Shown here one piece after another: positions 52,401-64,000 of a stretch of DNA of 64,000 nt. Each line of letters opens with the position of its first letter. Position 1 is the first letter of the stretch. The notes under the pieces are model-generated. The model was not told the DNA's origin. It worked only from the letters and a program-made list of their open reading frames with translations, and did not search any database. The translations under genes and the position numbers were made by a program. Source of the DNA: Geosiphon pyriformis uo1 (Eukaryota > Fungi > Glomeromycota); NCBI GenBank assembly GCA_016748015.1, contig JAAOMT010000779.1, forward strand, positions 1-64,000, read 5' to 3'.

Positions 52401-53270
52401 CTAGTGATAGTATTGACACGTATGTTGTCGCTTGTTCGGCAACAATATCTTTAATCAATCGATCTAAAAGTTCAGCCCCACTCATCACGGATTTTTCTGC
52501 GTCAGCTGCAAGCTATCTCAAATAGTTTAATCGAGAAGAAAATTTATTACACTTTCAAAAATACCGATAAAAACAAACCATTAAAATGCATACCTTACTC
52601 ATCGCATCAAAGACTTCGTTGAAATATCTCAAAATTTCTCCTTTAGCAACCTTTCCAATATTATACATGCTCTCACACGCATAATATCTTACTTTTGAGT
52701 CTTGATCACCAAAGCAAGCCAGTACGGGTGGCACGATATCATCCAAATAAGCTGGAACATCCTAAATTTAGAATGGGTTGTTTGTAAAATCATAAAAATC
52801 TATAAATTCCAAAATAATAACGAGTCCGAAAGGATTACCGGCCCCAAAGCTATAGCTGCTGCTGCTAACGCAATCAATCCCCCATTACGCGCGTTTGCGT
52901 TCACAGAATACGCGAATTCTTGAACGAGTGTAGAAAGTATACCATGTATACGTTCGGCGTCTTTATTAGTTGTATTGGCCGAACACTCTTTTATGAGCCT
53001 ATTAATTTCAAGCAGTCGAGAAGGTGAGTTTCTTGTAGGAAAATTTCAAAAGGGACAGAATCATCCCTTTAAAACGATAGGCACTCCAACACTCCACATT
53101 TATTGTACGTATTTTTAAAATTACTTCGAGTGGTTTTTAAAGTGCCCACCCTTCAAATTAAACTCGACCCCTTACTTCTCCACTTCTAAGGCAGCTCCCT
53201 TTCGCTTATCATATAATCGATCCTGAAGACCGCGAACTATTTGGGGACTAAGTGCTGGACTCTCCGCCAT
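49412..53270 (-). CDS. VAC14: Vac14, HEAT-repeat scaffold of the Fab1-Fig4 PI(3,5)P2 complex, 13 exons, ~930 aa
   Basis: Exons 53270-53176, 52998-52839, 52761-52594, 52512-51792, 51714-51586, 51509-51166, 51083-51018, 50937-50725, 50657-50434, 50352-50273, 50184-50025, 49960-49827 and 49710-49412. Motifs [51 protein letters not shown] and [10 protein letters not shown]. Confidence 0.95.
51510..51585 (-). other. U12-type (minor spliceosome) AT-AC intron in VAC14
   Basis: 5' site ATATCCTTTT, branch site TCCTTGAC about 15 nt before the 3' AC. Removal restores the frame (..[14 protein letters not shown]..). Confidence 0.9.
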
Positions 53271-54421
53271 TTCTTCAACAAGTCATAGAATACTCGGGGA
53301 ATTTTCTATGCTTGTTAATATACACGTGCAATTATCAAGTATACTAAGATCTGATCGGAAAAATTTAATTATAAATAGACCAAGAAAAGTGATTTTATAC
53401 CCAGAAAATTGAATCGAGCCTTATATACTTATATATATTAGATTATTTACATTTTGTAAATAACTTGCAAATTACATTTTTCTGTAATTAATTGTATTTA
53501 ATTATTGATTTAGATTGTAAAATAAAATATATATTATATTATAGTTTATTAATAAATTAAAAATTTTATCATAAGTTGATTAAATTACTCTTAAAAAATT
53601 TCAAAGTTGTAAGCAATTGAAAATAAAGTTAATTTATTAAAAATATAATAAATATATATCATTGTTACAGATTATTTATCTGGGTGGAATATTATAATAT
53701 TTGGTGTTTTACATAATATTAATTTTTAAAGAGTTTTAGTATTTAAAATTTTTAATTAATTTACTTATATGTTTTTGCTTGTAAATGTTTTTTATAATAA
53801 ACAGAAATATTAAAGCTTTTTAATAATTAATAAAATTATCAATTACTTTATATTATTATATTATTTTTTGTTATCATATATTAATTATGTTTTTTTGGTA
53901 ATTTGTTAGTTTTTTTATTAAGTAATAGTATATTATAAGTTTTTTAGCTAATTTTTTACATAATATTTAATAAAAAGTTTTTTACAATTTGCAAAAATTA
54001 ATTTTATAAACAATATAATTATTAATATATATTTTAAAACCAATAAACAATAATTTTTTTGGTATTATTAAATTAATTATTTCATTAAAAAAATTATTAT
54101 TTTCTAATTTTATATATTTTTGTTTTTAATAAAAATTTTGTTAATTTATTAATTTATTTAAATTTTGTAATTTATAATTTAAATAAAATATATATTTAGC
54201 TATATTATAAAACAGTTTTAATTAATTTAAATAGCTAGTTATATATTATTAATATATAATTTTTTTTAAAATATGATAATTAAGTTGTATAAAAATATAA
54301 ATAAATTAGAAAATTAAATAAATAAAAAATAATAAAACAATAAAACAAAAAATTTTAATAATTATTTTTAAAAAAATTACATTTAATATTATTTTATGAT
54401 TTTTTTACAATAATTAATACT

Positions 54422-54466
<45 letters not shown>

Positions 54467-54601
54467 TTAGAATAATTTTTAAATAATATGAAAATATTTA
54501 TATTTAAAAAAAATAAAAAATTATAAATATTATTTTTAAGTTATTACTGTTTTATATATTTTAAATATCAAAAAACAATTGTATTTTATTTTATTTAATA
54601 G

Positions 54602-55817
54602 TTTTTTTTTGTTTTTTTTATTTTAACATGTAAAATTTAACTGCTATCTAATATACAAAATCAAATTAAGTAATCCAAACTAAATATAATTTATGTACTT
54701 ACTATATATAACCAGCTATTTAAGTTAGATAAAGCAATACTATATGTTTATATATATTTTTATATTATTATTTAAACCAGAAAAAATAAGCAAAACTTGT
54801 ATTTACTAAAGCTAACTACAAAAAACTTAGTTAATTTAAAAAAATAAATTATATTATCTAATAAATTAGCCATTATATTAACAGCCAAATTAAATACCAT
54901 ACTATTATTATTTATTAAACTGGTTTTTTTATGCTTACTCTATACTTAAATCTAACAAATCATATTTTTGAATAATAACTTTTTATTAACTGTCTTAAGA
55001 ACATAATTACAATTGCTAAAGCTTTTTTTTTATCTTTAAAAACCATTATAATCTTTAAAACTTACTTTTTTAGTACAAATTCTTTATAAATTATAGTATA
55101 TATGTTTACATTAAATAAACATTTAAAAAAATTCTCAGTACAACAGATAAAATAGAAGTACAGATTTTTATTAAAAACACTCAAATGTTAAAAAACTTTG
55201 TTGGTATTTTTTTATGAATTTCAACGTTTTTAAAACAGGTAAAAACATAATTTAAGAACTTTATCTCACTATATAATAAACATAACATCTTAAAATACTT
55301 TTTATTATAAAGTTTTTTCTTAACAGCCATTAGCAAATAACTATATACAGCTTTTATTAAATATATGTGCAAATTGACAGACCTTTCATTGGTAAAACCA
55401 GATAATATATGCAAATTAAACTGTTATATTTTTATAATAAACAGCCAATCCACTTTTTGAATCAACTTACTTAGTATTATATTTTGGTTAAGATTATTTT
55501 TTTATTGGATACAACATATAAATTTTTACAAATTGTGAACAAAATAATGAGTATTGCCAAAAACAACTGTGTTCTTAACTACAATAAATCATTTATAAAC
55601 TCTATTTAACAGAAATAAGAAGAAGTACACAGCTTTATCTGCCATTTTATTTACTTTAATATTATTTAAAATACCTGAATAGTCCTTAATTTTAATCTAA
55701 TTAACCAAAAAATTCTTGTTTTTTATCAAATTAACAATATGGTTTCTTTTTATTTAATATTAATTATGAAAATTTAATACATTAAATTCAATCTTAAATA
55801 CATATATATTAATAACA
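54602..55817 (-). mobile_element. Old hypermutated LINE, 3' segment (end of RNase H, Cys domain, 3' tail, poly(A))
   Basis: HILSGFT..YLIKAVYSYLLMAVKKKLYNKKY..LCLLYSEIKFLNYVFTC aligns to 61840-62020. Decayed 3' tail at 54602-54730. Confidence 0.85.
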
Positions 55818-55939
55818 AAGAAAAATTTTTTCTTTCTTACTCCCAAAAACCCCAACAAGTTATTTTTCTGAAGAAGAAGTTTTTGTTTTTCTCTTATTAA
55901 TATTATATTAATATTTCTTTAACTAATAACCCCTTTGTC

Positions 55940-57827
55940 ATGGATTCAAAGACTGCTTCTAGTGACAGCATGTCTAGTAAGAAGGCTTCTAAGGGCATGT
56001 TTCATGGTCCTGCTGGTGGTTCCTTTTCACAAAAAAAGAAGGCTTCTCTTGGTAATGTTAAACACTCTGGTGATAAAAAGAATATTTCTTTGAAGTCTGG
56101 TTTTAGTGCTAGTGTATATTCCGATGTAGAAAGCCTTTCTGGTGATGATGAGGATATTAGTATATCTGGTGGTTTTGATGGTTCTCTTTTGGACTTGGCT
56201 GTTAACACTCCCAAGGCTAAACATGTGAATACTAGTGCGAATTTTGGTTTTTTTATTGGTTCTCTTGACTTTGAGATGGATAAAGAGATGAAGCCCCTTC
56301 TGCCCCCCCTTATGAAAAAGGTTCCTTTGGATAAGATCTGGATTGATCCCAAAATCATCAAAACTCCTGTAGAGATGACAGTTAAGAAATCTTTTGCCTT
56401 GGATATCAATCTTTCAGCTGTTGAAAGCAAATTGGCAATGGCAAAAACTCATTTAATCAGGAAGGTTTTTTCAAAGATCAATGGTTTTGGGGGGGGCCAC
56501 TACTCTCTTAAAATTTGAAGGAATCATCTGATCAACGTTTACATCTGAGAAGAGCATGAAAAAAGCTGTGTCATTGGCCGAAGAAGAGAGGATCGTTGTA
56601 AACAATGATGTGAGGAAACAAGGATTTCATTCAGATTGGGCTGTGATGGTCAAAGAAATTCTCATGAATACACCAAAAGAAATGATTGTTGCCGCAGTTT
56701 CTGAGTTTGGGCAAATTAAGTCAATCAAAATCCAGTTGGTTGGTATGTGGCAGAAGGCTGTAGTGAAATTTGCCGAATCAGGACAGGCAGAGCAATTGGC
56801 TTTAAAATGGTCTTTCTTAATTGGGAAAGACTCTGTGCATGTGGCAAAGGCCATGGGAGATCGCGATATCTGGGCCTCTAGGGATTGTTTTAGGGCACTT
56901 CTGTTTATGTTGCCGGTAGGAACAATAGTGCATGACCTTAGTAATCTTCTGGATAAAACTGGTGGCAAAACTTGCATCATTAATTGTTTATTGGACACTG
57001 ACAATAGGGTTTGCTGTGCTGTAGTTGGCTTCGAATCCGAGAATGATTTGAATTCCGCTTTTTTCACTGAGCCTGTTTTTGGTGGTGTTTGTCTTTCTTG
57101 GGCTAGGCTGGATTTGGTTCAGTGTGGAAAATGTGAGTGTCTTGGACATTTGGCTTTAGAGTGCAATGCATCAGATATATCGTCTTTTGATCTCTTGAAT
57201 AATTTTAATAAAAAGCATGCTCCTAGTGTGGATTGTCTCCAGTTGGTCAAGTTATATGCAAAGAAAAATGTTTCTATATCCTGCCCTGCTGCTTTTGGTG
57301 GCAAATCGTGGGCCCAGATAGTCTCTCTTGCTTCTCTTTCTGGTGGCTCTCTTTCTGGTTTTGGTCTTGGTGCTGGTTCTTCTCACTGTATGACCCCAGA
57401 TTTGGGCAGTAGTCCTCCTTCTTCTACACTTGCTGATTCTTCTTTGAATGCTCGCTTGGTGTCTTTGAAACGCTCTCTCAAGTTGTTGGCTGACCAAGTG
57501 TCTAATATTTTAAGGAAATTGAGTTTTGTTGAATTGGTGCCCATGGTTCCATCTTTTGATGCCCCTCTTCTGGTTGGATCTGTGCCTTTGGCCCCTGGTT
57601 TGAATTCTAATATGGCTCTGGATGGTGAATTGACATCGTCCGATCACTATTCTCCAAGTATTGATATGGGTAGTGGCTTCAATTCGAGTAGTTCGAAGGT
57701 TCTAACTACCAAGGTGAATGGTTTGGAGTCTAAAATGTCGGCTTTGGAGGCTTCAGTCAGTTCTGTTTTGGCAAGATTGAATCTCTTGTGTGCTGGTTCA
57801 GGTTCCTCTTTACTGTCTTCACCCTAA
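55940..57827 (+). pseudogene. LINE ORF1 (RRM-like domains, CCHC knuckle, coiled coil)
   Basis: CGKCECLGHLALEC knuckle. +1 frameshift in the G8 run at 56489-56496 and a TGA near 56529. Confidence 0.85.
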
Positions 57828-60800
57828 TGAGTGGTCTGATCTGAAAATTTGCTACATGCAATGTTCAGGGCATAAACGTTTCTATGAAGCAAGACGATAT
57901 AATTTGTTGGCATGTAAACTCGGGAAACATGGTTTCTTTTATCACTGAGACAAAGTTGAGGTCCTCTTCTGGGCCATGGATAAAGGATAAATTTAATGGA
58001 GTGTGAATCTTTTCTTCAGGATTGGATAAAGGTTTTATGGATGCTGGAGTTGCAATTATTATGAACATTTCTTTGGCTCGTCATGTATCTAAGGTGGAGG
58101 AGATTCCTGGTTGGGTTGTTTCTGTTCAGTTCTTGTTTAAGGGCAAGCTCTTGGTTACTGTTTTGGGATTGTATGCTGGTGCCTCTTCTGGGGCTAGGTT
58201 TGGTCAGGCTTCTGAAGTTAACTTTCTTATTGCAAAGGCTGTCAACTCCAGCAATTTTGTTATCTTGGGTGGAGACTTTAATGAGAATAGATCTGGTAAA
58301 AGTGCTAGTTTCAAGTTTTGTTTGAGTTTGGGTTTGGTCAATTCATTCATTGGTCATTATTTGGCTGATTTTCATACATGAAACAATTTGAGAGAAGTTG
58401 GGAAAATGATTAATTACATTTTTGTTGGTGGTAATTTGTCTTCTGCTGTTGCTGGTCATCAAGTTGTCTTTGTTTCAGATTTCTTTGACACCAATCACAG
58501 GGCAGTTGTGGTTTCAGTCAATTTGGGTGGGCTTTTGGATATACAGTTGAATAGTTTGTACAAGCAGGTGAATAAAGATCGTTGGAAGTTTAAAATCAAA
58601 AATGCTGACTGTGCTGGATGGGCTAAGTTTAAGGATCTTTCTTCGGCAAAACTCTTGTCTTTGGGTGAGGTGTTCTCTGGTGCTAAAATGCATGGTGATG
58701 TGGATGCTATGTGGACAGTTTTGGTGGAGGCTGTGGTAGATTCTGCTGATGTAACATTTTCGAGGCATTGGTTTAGTGAATTCAAGTGTTCAAGAAACAA
58801 ACATTCTTCTAGGTTTTTTGGTCTGGAATTGTTGGTGGCCAAGATTGTCAAGAAATTTTGCTCGGGTAACTTGCTGGATACTGATCGTCTTGTGAATAAA
58901 TGGTCGACTTTGGATGATGTGAAGGCTCGTGCTTTTAAGGACTTGGTTGGCTTGGGTGTTAAATCTGATGTTGTTGTTAGACATTTGTCATTGGTTCGTA
59001 GAGATTACAGGAGATCAAAGATATTTGAGTCAAGATTGGCTGAGGAAGCTTTGGTTAGGAAGGCGATTGAGAAGCACATGGATAATTTCTGTTCGGATAA
59101 AGGTAGTATGATCAGAAGTGTGTTGGAAAAGCCTTTTCACAAGGTGGTGTTGGATCACTTGATAGTTGATGATGATCTGGTTTTGTTGCCTAAAGAGGTG
59201 AAGTTGAGTGTGGATAAGATAATGGAGGGGTGGATGAGGAAATACTCTGTGCAGTCAGAGCTTCCTGATCTTTGGGCTTGTTAGTATGCGCCTTTGGACC
59301 ATGTTCAGGATGATGCCTTTTCGGATATTATGAGTGCAATCAGTATAGGCAAGTTACTTTTTGTTGTTGGTGGTCTGTCTGATGGCAAGGCTGCTGGTTT
59401 GTCTGGTGTTCTTAATGAGTTGTGGAAACATGATGGTGAGATGGTTTTGGGGTGCTTGTTGGTGCTGTTTAATAAGTGTTTGTCTGTTGGGGTGGTGCCT
59501 GTTTTGTGGAAGAGGACTTGGGTGCCAATAATTCCTAAGCCTTACGACTGGGATAGAATTCTTATGAACACTCAGCCCATTGCTTTGATTGAGACTGCCA
59601 GGAAGATTCTTTCCAAGGTTCTGTCTGATCGTATTTCAATGGCTTGTAGCAAGTTCAACGTTCTTCGAGGTGACAATTTTTCAGTGCTGAAGGGTATGTC
59701 CACACAATCTCCAGTGTTTGCTGTCGGTTCGGTGATTGAAGATGCTATTGAGAAGGATAAAAAGTTATGGTTGGTCTTGCAAGATATGTGGAAAGCTTAC
59801 AATTCAGTTGAGTGGCATCATTTAAGGGCTAGTTTGCAGTGTGTCAAGATGTGTGAGAGGTTTATAAGGTTTTTTGGTGGTATTCATGAAGATAGAGTTA
59901 ATAGGGTAATGACTGACTTTGGTTTGTCTAGTGGTTATAAGGTGCATGATGGGCTGGATCAGGGTGAGATCTTTTCGCCGCTTCTATGGGGAATTTTTTA
60001 CAATCCACTTTTGTGTAAGGTTAAGAGGCACAAACAATTGTGTAAGTACTGGATTGATACTAAGTTTGTTGCAAAGTCTGACAGAATTGAGAGCGGTGGT
60101 AGTTTGACATTGTATTTTTTGGCTGGTGCATTTGTTGATGATACGATCTAGGTTAGAAATTGTCAGGCTCCTACTCAATATGCTCTGAACATTGCCAGTG
60201 AATTTTTTGTGATCAATGACATTTCTATTAACAGTGAGAGGATGGTAGCTATTCCCATCAATCAGAGTGTTAAAGTTGCTTCACTGAGCATTTGTGGTCA
60301 GCCAATTTCTATTGCCAAAAAAGAGGAAGCACATCGGTATCTAGATATTTTTCTGTCAACCAAGGGGCTCTCCAAGCCAAGTGTTGCCAAGGCTCATGCA
60401 GATGTGCATTTCTTCATCAATGTTGTGCTTAAAAAAGCTATTACAGACAAACAGTTCTCCTATCTGGTGTCAGCTGTTTTGCAGTCTATTGTCAGCTATC
60501 ATATTCAGTTCAGTTTTGTCCCTTCTAATGTTTGTCACAAGTGGGATGTCTTGGTTAGAAAGAGTCTTAGGTCTAAGGCTTGTCTCCCCTGTGATTTTCC
60601 TGATGCTGCTTTGCATTATCTTTCATTGTATGGCCTGAAGCCTTTTGAGCAAGTGCAGTCAAAAGGGAAGGTTGCTGCTCTGATAATGTTCTCTAATGCC
60701 TTTGGTATTCTTGGGCATTTGTTTAGACATAGGTTTTTGGATCTGTAGGTTCTTGGTTGGGCTCTTTTGGATCCTTTGCAGTTTCCGGTCAGGTTGCGTG

Positions 60801-62512
60801 TTAGTCCAGTGAACAATTTTTTGGCTGGGATGGTAAAGATTTTTTTGGGCAATGAGCTTTTTTTGGTAAACAACCTTCTCACTGCATTTTGTAGTCTTGG
60901 TTATTTTCCATTGTCCTCTATTCTTGGGAAGTCTCTGTATTTTGACTTGGTCAAATCTCTTAGATGCTTTGGTGTTGCTTTTGGTGATCGGCTTTTTGAT
61001 AAAAAAAGTGTTTTGTTGGATTGGAAAACTTTTCATCGTTAGAAGAGATTGGATCTGCATGGCCCTGTGCTTCATTGGTTCTTGGTTTCTTCTGAGTTTT
61101 TGAAAAGTCAGGGTTGTTCATTTTCTGGTTTTATTGACTCTGCAGAAAAGATTGGTTTGAACATTTTAAAGTCTGGGGAATTTTCTACAGTAATAAATGG
61201 ATTGCATGACATCTGGTCAGGCTTTTTTGAAGTTTTTACGGATAGGTCTTTGAGGAATACAGGCTCTGTTGAGGTTACCTGTGGTGCTGCTACATACTTT
61301 CTGGTCTTGGATAAGAGCATTGGTATCACTGTTAATGGCCTTTTGTCATCTACTATGGCCGAATTGTAGGCTGTCGCTTTGGCTTTGAAATGTGTTCTTT
61401 CTTCAAGTACTGTGGTATTACATCTTGACAGCCAGACTGCTATTGACGCATGTGTGTCTGAGATGTCTTTGGTTGCCCCTGATTTCCATAATTAATGCTG
61501 GCTGGAAAGGCATCATATTTTCAATTTGGTCAGGGATAAGGATCTTAGTGTGAATTAGGTTAAGGTAAAAAGCCACTCTGGGATTCCTGGTAATGTGGAA
61601 GCTGACTTGGCTGCTGGGGCTGCCTCTGAATCTCCCTTTTTCCTTTGTGCCAATGTGCGTAAACATTTTTTGGTTGCTGAGAGTGTTGCTGTTTCTGGTA
61701 ATGCCCATCATTTTGTCAAGAATATTTTTCAGTCTGTTTGTTTTACTCATTGAGAAGCTGGGCCTGGTTGTGACATGGTTCCAGATGTGATGATTAGTTG
61801 CATAAACTGGGTTGTCATGGCAAAGGTGTGGCATCCTGATTCTCATATGCTCACTGGATTCACTAGCCAGGTATTCTCAATGCTTCGCACTTATATTATG
61901 AAGACTGTGCACAGAAGATTGCTGGTGGCAGTGAGAAAAAGATTGTATGATGAGCGCTATCCTAGTGTATTATGTTTGTTTTGTAGTGGAGTGGAGTTTT
62001 CTGACCATGTTTTTACTTGTGTTCATGAGTCTGGCATTTGTGGTGAGATTTTGGCTAAGGCTGCTGTCCGTTGGTCAGCTTTGGCTGGCGGTTCCTCTGC
62101 TTCTGCCATGTTGCGAGTTTTGTCTCAATGTTCCATTAATGTTGGGTTGTACACTCTGGTTTGCAAAAAGTTTGTGCTGGGGGAGTGGTATGAGGAAGCT
62201 TGTAGTATTTTTAAGGATAGAAAAGTGGCAGCTACTCAGATTGTTGGTTATGTTAGGTTCATGGTTAAGTTACATCGTGCTAAAGTATGGTTGGCTAGAG
62301 CCAGCCACCAGGTGGTGATAGAGAAGACTGGTCTGGTTTGTGATGGTGGTGTTGTTTCTGGGCTCTCTCATGATGTGTCTTTAGTTTTGTCTGATGGTGT
62401 TGTAAGATTGCTTGGTATGGCCAATTCTTTTGCTGTTAGCTTTGATCATTGGAAGCCTTATTGTTTCTTTTCTGGTCTGAGTGGCAGTGTGCGGGTTATT
62501 ATTGGTGTGTAG
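57827..62512 (+). pseudogene. LINE ORF2: APE endonuclease - reverse transcriptase - RNase H - Cys/His domain (1561 codons, single frame)
   Basis: ATCNVQGIN, TETK, LGGDFN, TNH (APE); GKAAG, PIPKP, QDMWKAYNSV, GLDQGE.FSPLLW, AFVDDT at 60128-60145 (RT); FTDRS, AEL, DSQ, KVKSHSGIPGNVEAD (RNase H); CLFC..DHVFTC. 11 in-frame nonsense codons and no frameshift. Confidence 0.93.
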
Positions 62513-62648
62513 TGTTGCCTTGTCTGACCTGAGTGGCTAGCCACATGTAGAAAGTGCGTGAGTTGCATTTAGTTTGAGCCTCTTAGTTTGGCTCTATGTA
62601 CTAGATAGCAATTGGGCTACACTCGTTAAATATGTTAATAAAAAAAAA

Positions 62649-63915
62649 TATATTAATAACAGTCTGATTGTTCAGATACAAAACTACTATACAAAAAAAT
62701 AAAACACATTCAAAAAACAAAACCACAGTCTGCAATTTTGCTATTATAAATAATAAAAAATTATACATCTTAAAATTAACTTCTATGTTTATTATTAAAA
62801 AATACATAGTAGTTCTACAAACCACCTTAGCAAAACTCATATTTTTCAATAATTTATTTATGTACACTTTAATAACATCCAACCAAATCTTATGCAAATA
62901 TTTATAAACATCAAAAAACTTACCAAATTTCAGAATGCTTAATTTGTTTACTTATTAATATAACTAAAACCAATCATTAAAAAATTATTATTATGTAAAA
63001 ACTTCAAAGCCAACTTAAACCAAAAAGGTATAGAGTCTTTAAAATCCAGTTTTTTTTTAATAATAAAATGTTTTTCAATTTATTATATTATCTTCTTTGT
63101 TCAAAAGCTTATTACTAAATACCATCTCAAATTTCTTTAAAAAGTAAACCAAATTATAGTACAAAAACTTTTCCAAAATATTTAACATTAAAAATTTTTC
63201 AGAACTGCAAAATGTATTAGATAAATTGTTATTCAAAAACAAACTATTAATTAAAAAAATCTTTACTATTCTGGCCAAAAAATTGTTAATAAGACTAATA
63301 TACAATTTAACAAAATATTATAATAGATTTAAAGGGATTTAACTTAGAACTTATAAATCCAAATATTTATAATTAAACAAACACCCAAAAATGTTTAAAA
63401 AATTGGCAAAAAACACCACCAATGCCAATTTTTTTTCAGTTTGTATTTGCTTAGCTTTAAACTTAAGACTTTTTCTAATTATAATATTTCATTTATAACA
63501 CATACTTAATAACACAAAGCTAAATTAAAACATATAGCTAACTATAAGTTGCAAGATAACTAATATTAAATAAGAGAACTGCTTATCTGTAATAGTCTTT
63601 TTAAGTACTATGTTGACAAAAAATTAGATATTAAAGTGGACTTTAGCCAAACTTAACTTAGACAATTTCTTAGTTGACAAAAAAATCTCCAAATATCTGT
63701 ATAATTCACTTTTTTTGACAATTAAAATTGGCATATTACTGATTTTCAGCAATATTGTCTTAATATTTTGATTAATAAAAATAGCCACTATTTTTTCATT
63801 ATTAATCAAGATATTATTGAATAAAAAAAATTCACTAATAATATCTAGTATACTATATAAAAGTTTAACTATTCTTAATTCAGATAGTATTATTAATAAA
63901 AACACCAGCTGCAAA
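62649..63915 (-). mobile_element. Old hypermutated LINE, 5' segment (RT end to RNase H); continues at 55817
   Basis: AGVFINNTI* (AGAFVDDTIW) at ~63880-63910, YRYLEIFLSTKKLSKLSLAK, and IAKLQTV..LYLNNQTVINI running through the TSD into 55817. Confidence 0.85.
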
Positions 63916-64000
63916 AAAAAAAGTTTTTTTTTTCTTGGTTTCTATTTTGCTTGTCTTAGCCACAAACTTGATATTGTTCTAATACTTGTATAAATGCTCA

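Larger units (their letters stand above)
55818..62648 (+). mobile_element. Full-length LINE (L1-like, RNase H-bearing), inactivated
   Basis: ORF1, ORF2, 3' tail and poly(A). 14-bp TSD atatattaataaca at 55804-55817 and 62648-62661. Nested in the opposite orientation inside an older LINE. Confidence 0.95.

Noticed and set aside
55940-62512. Stop-codon reassignment or programmed readthrough explaining the in-frame stops
   Set aside because: All three stop types occur, replacing W, Q or R, and their positions differ among copies. Host genes terminate with TAA, TAG and TGA normally.

Overview
Eukaryotic (fungal) nuclear DNA, most consistent with Glomeromycotina. This rests on the BTB/BACK-TLDc and Sel1 genes, intron-rich housekeeping genes and a U12-type intron; the transposon proteins resemble Geosiphon-like ones from my recall, not from a search. 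The window alternates between two kinds of sequence. Gene islands hold a TLDc gene 3' end, a Sel1 pseudogene, tRNA-Pro(UGG), an orphan 3-exon gene, CEM1, DAD2 and VAC14. Extremely AT-rich blocks look like junk but decode as transposons nearly saturated with C>T/G>A transitions: a Tc1/mariner, Ty3/Gypsy pieces (gag, protease, dUTPase, RT, integrase), an intron-containing hAT and an old LINE. Younger retroelements are inserted into these relics: one full-length LINE (ORF1 plus APE-RT-RNaseH ORF2, 14-bp TSD), one 5'-truncated LINE, and three copies of a 2.3-kb element that encodes only an ORF1-like protein yet ends in the same 3' tail and poly(A) as the LINEs. The best candidates for undescribed biology are (1) this ORF1-only, HAL1-like non-autonomous family with a shared double-hairpin 3' tail and (2) a RIP-like, transition-only hypermutation process that appears to spare RCCA/TGGY contexts. 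Two exact duplications flanking 20-N gaps are assembly artefacts. All alignments and 'de-mutated' readings were done by eye and need computational confirmation.
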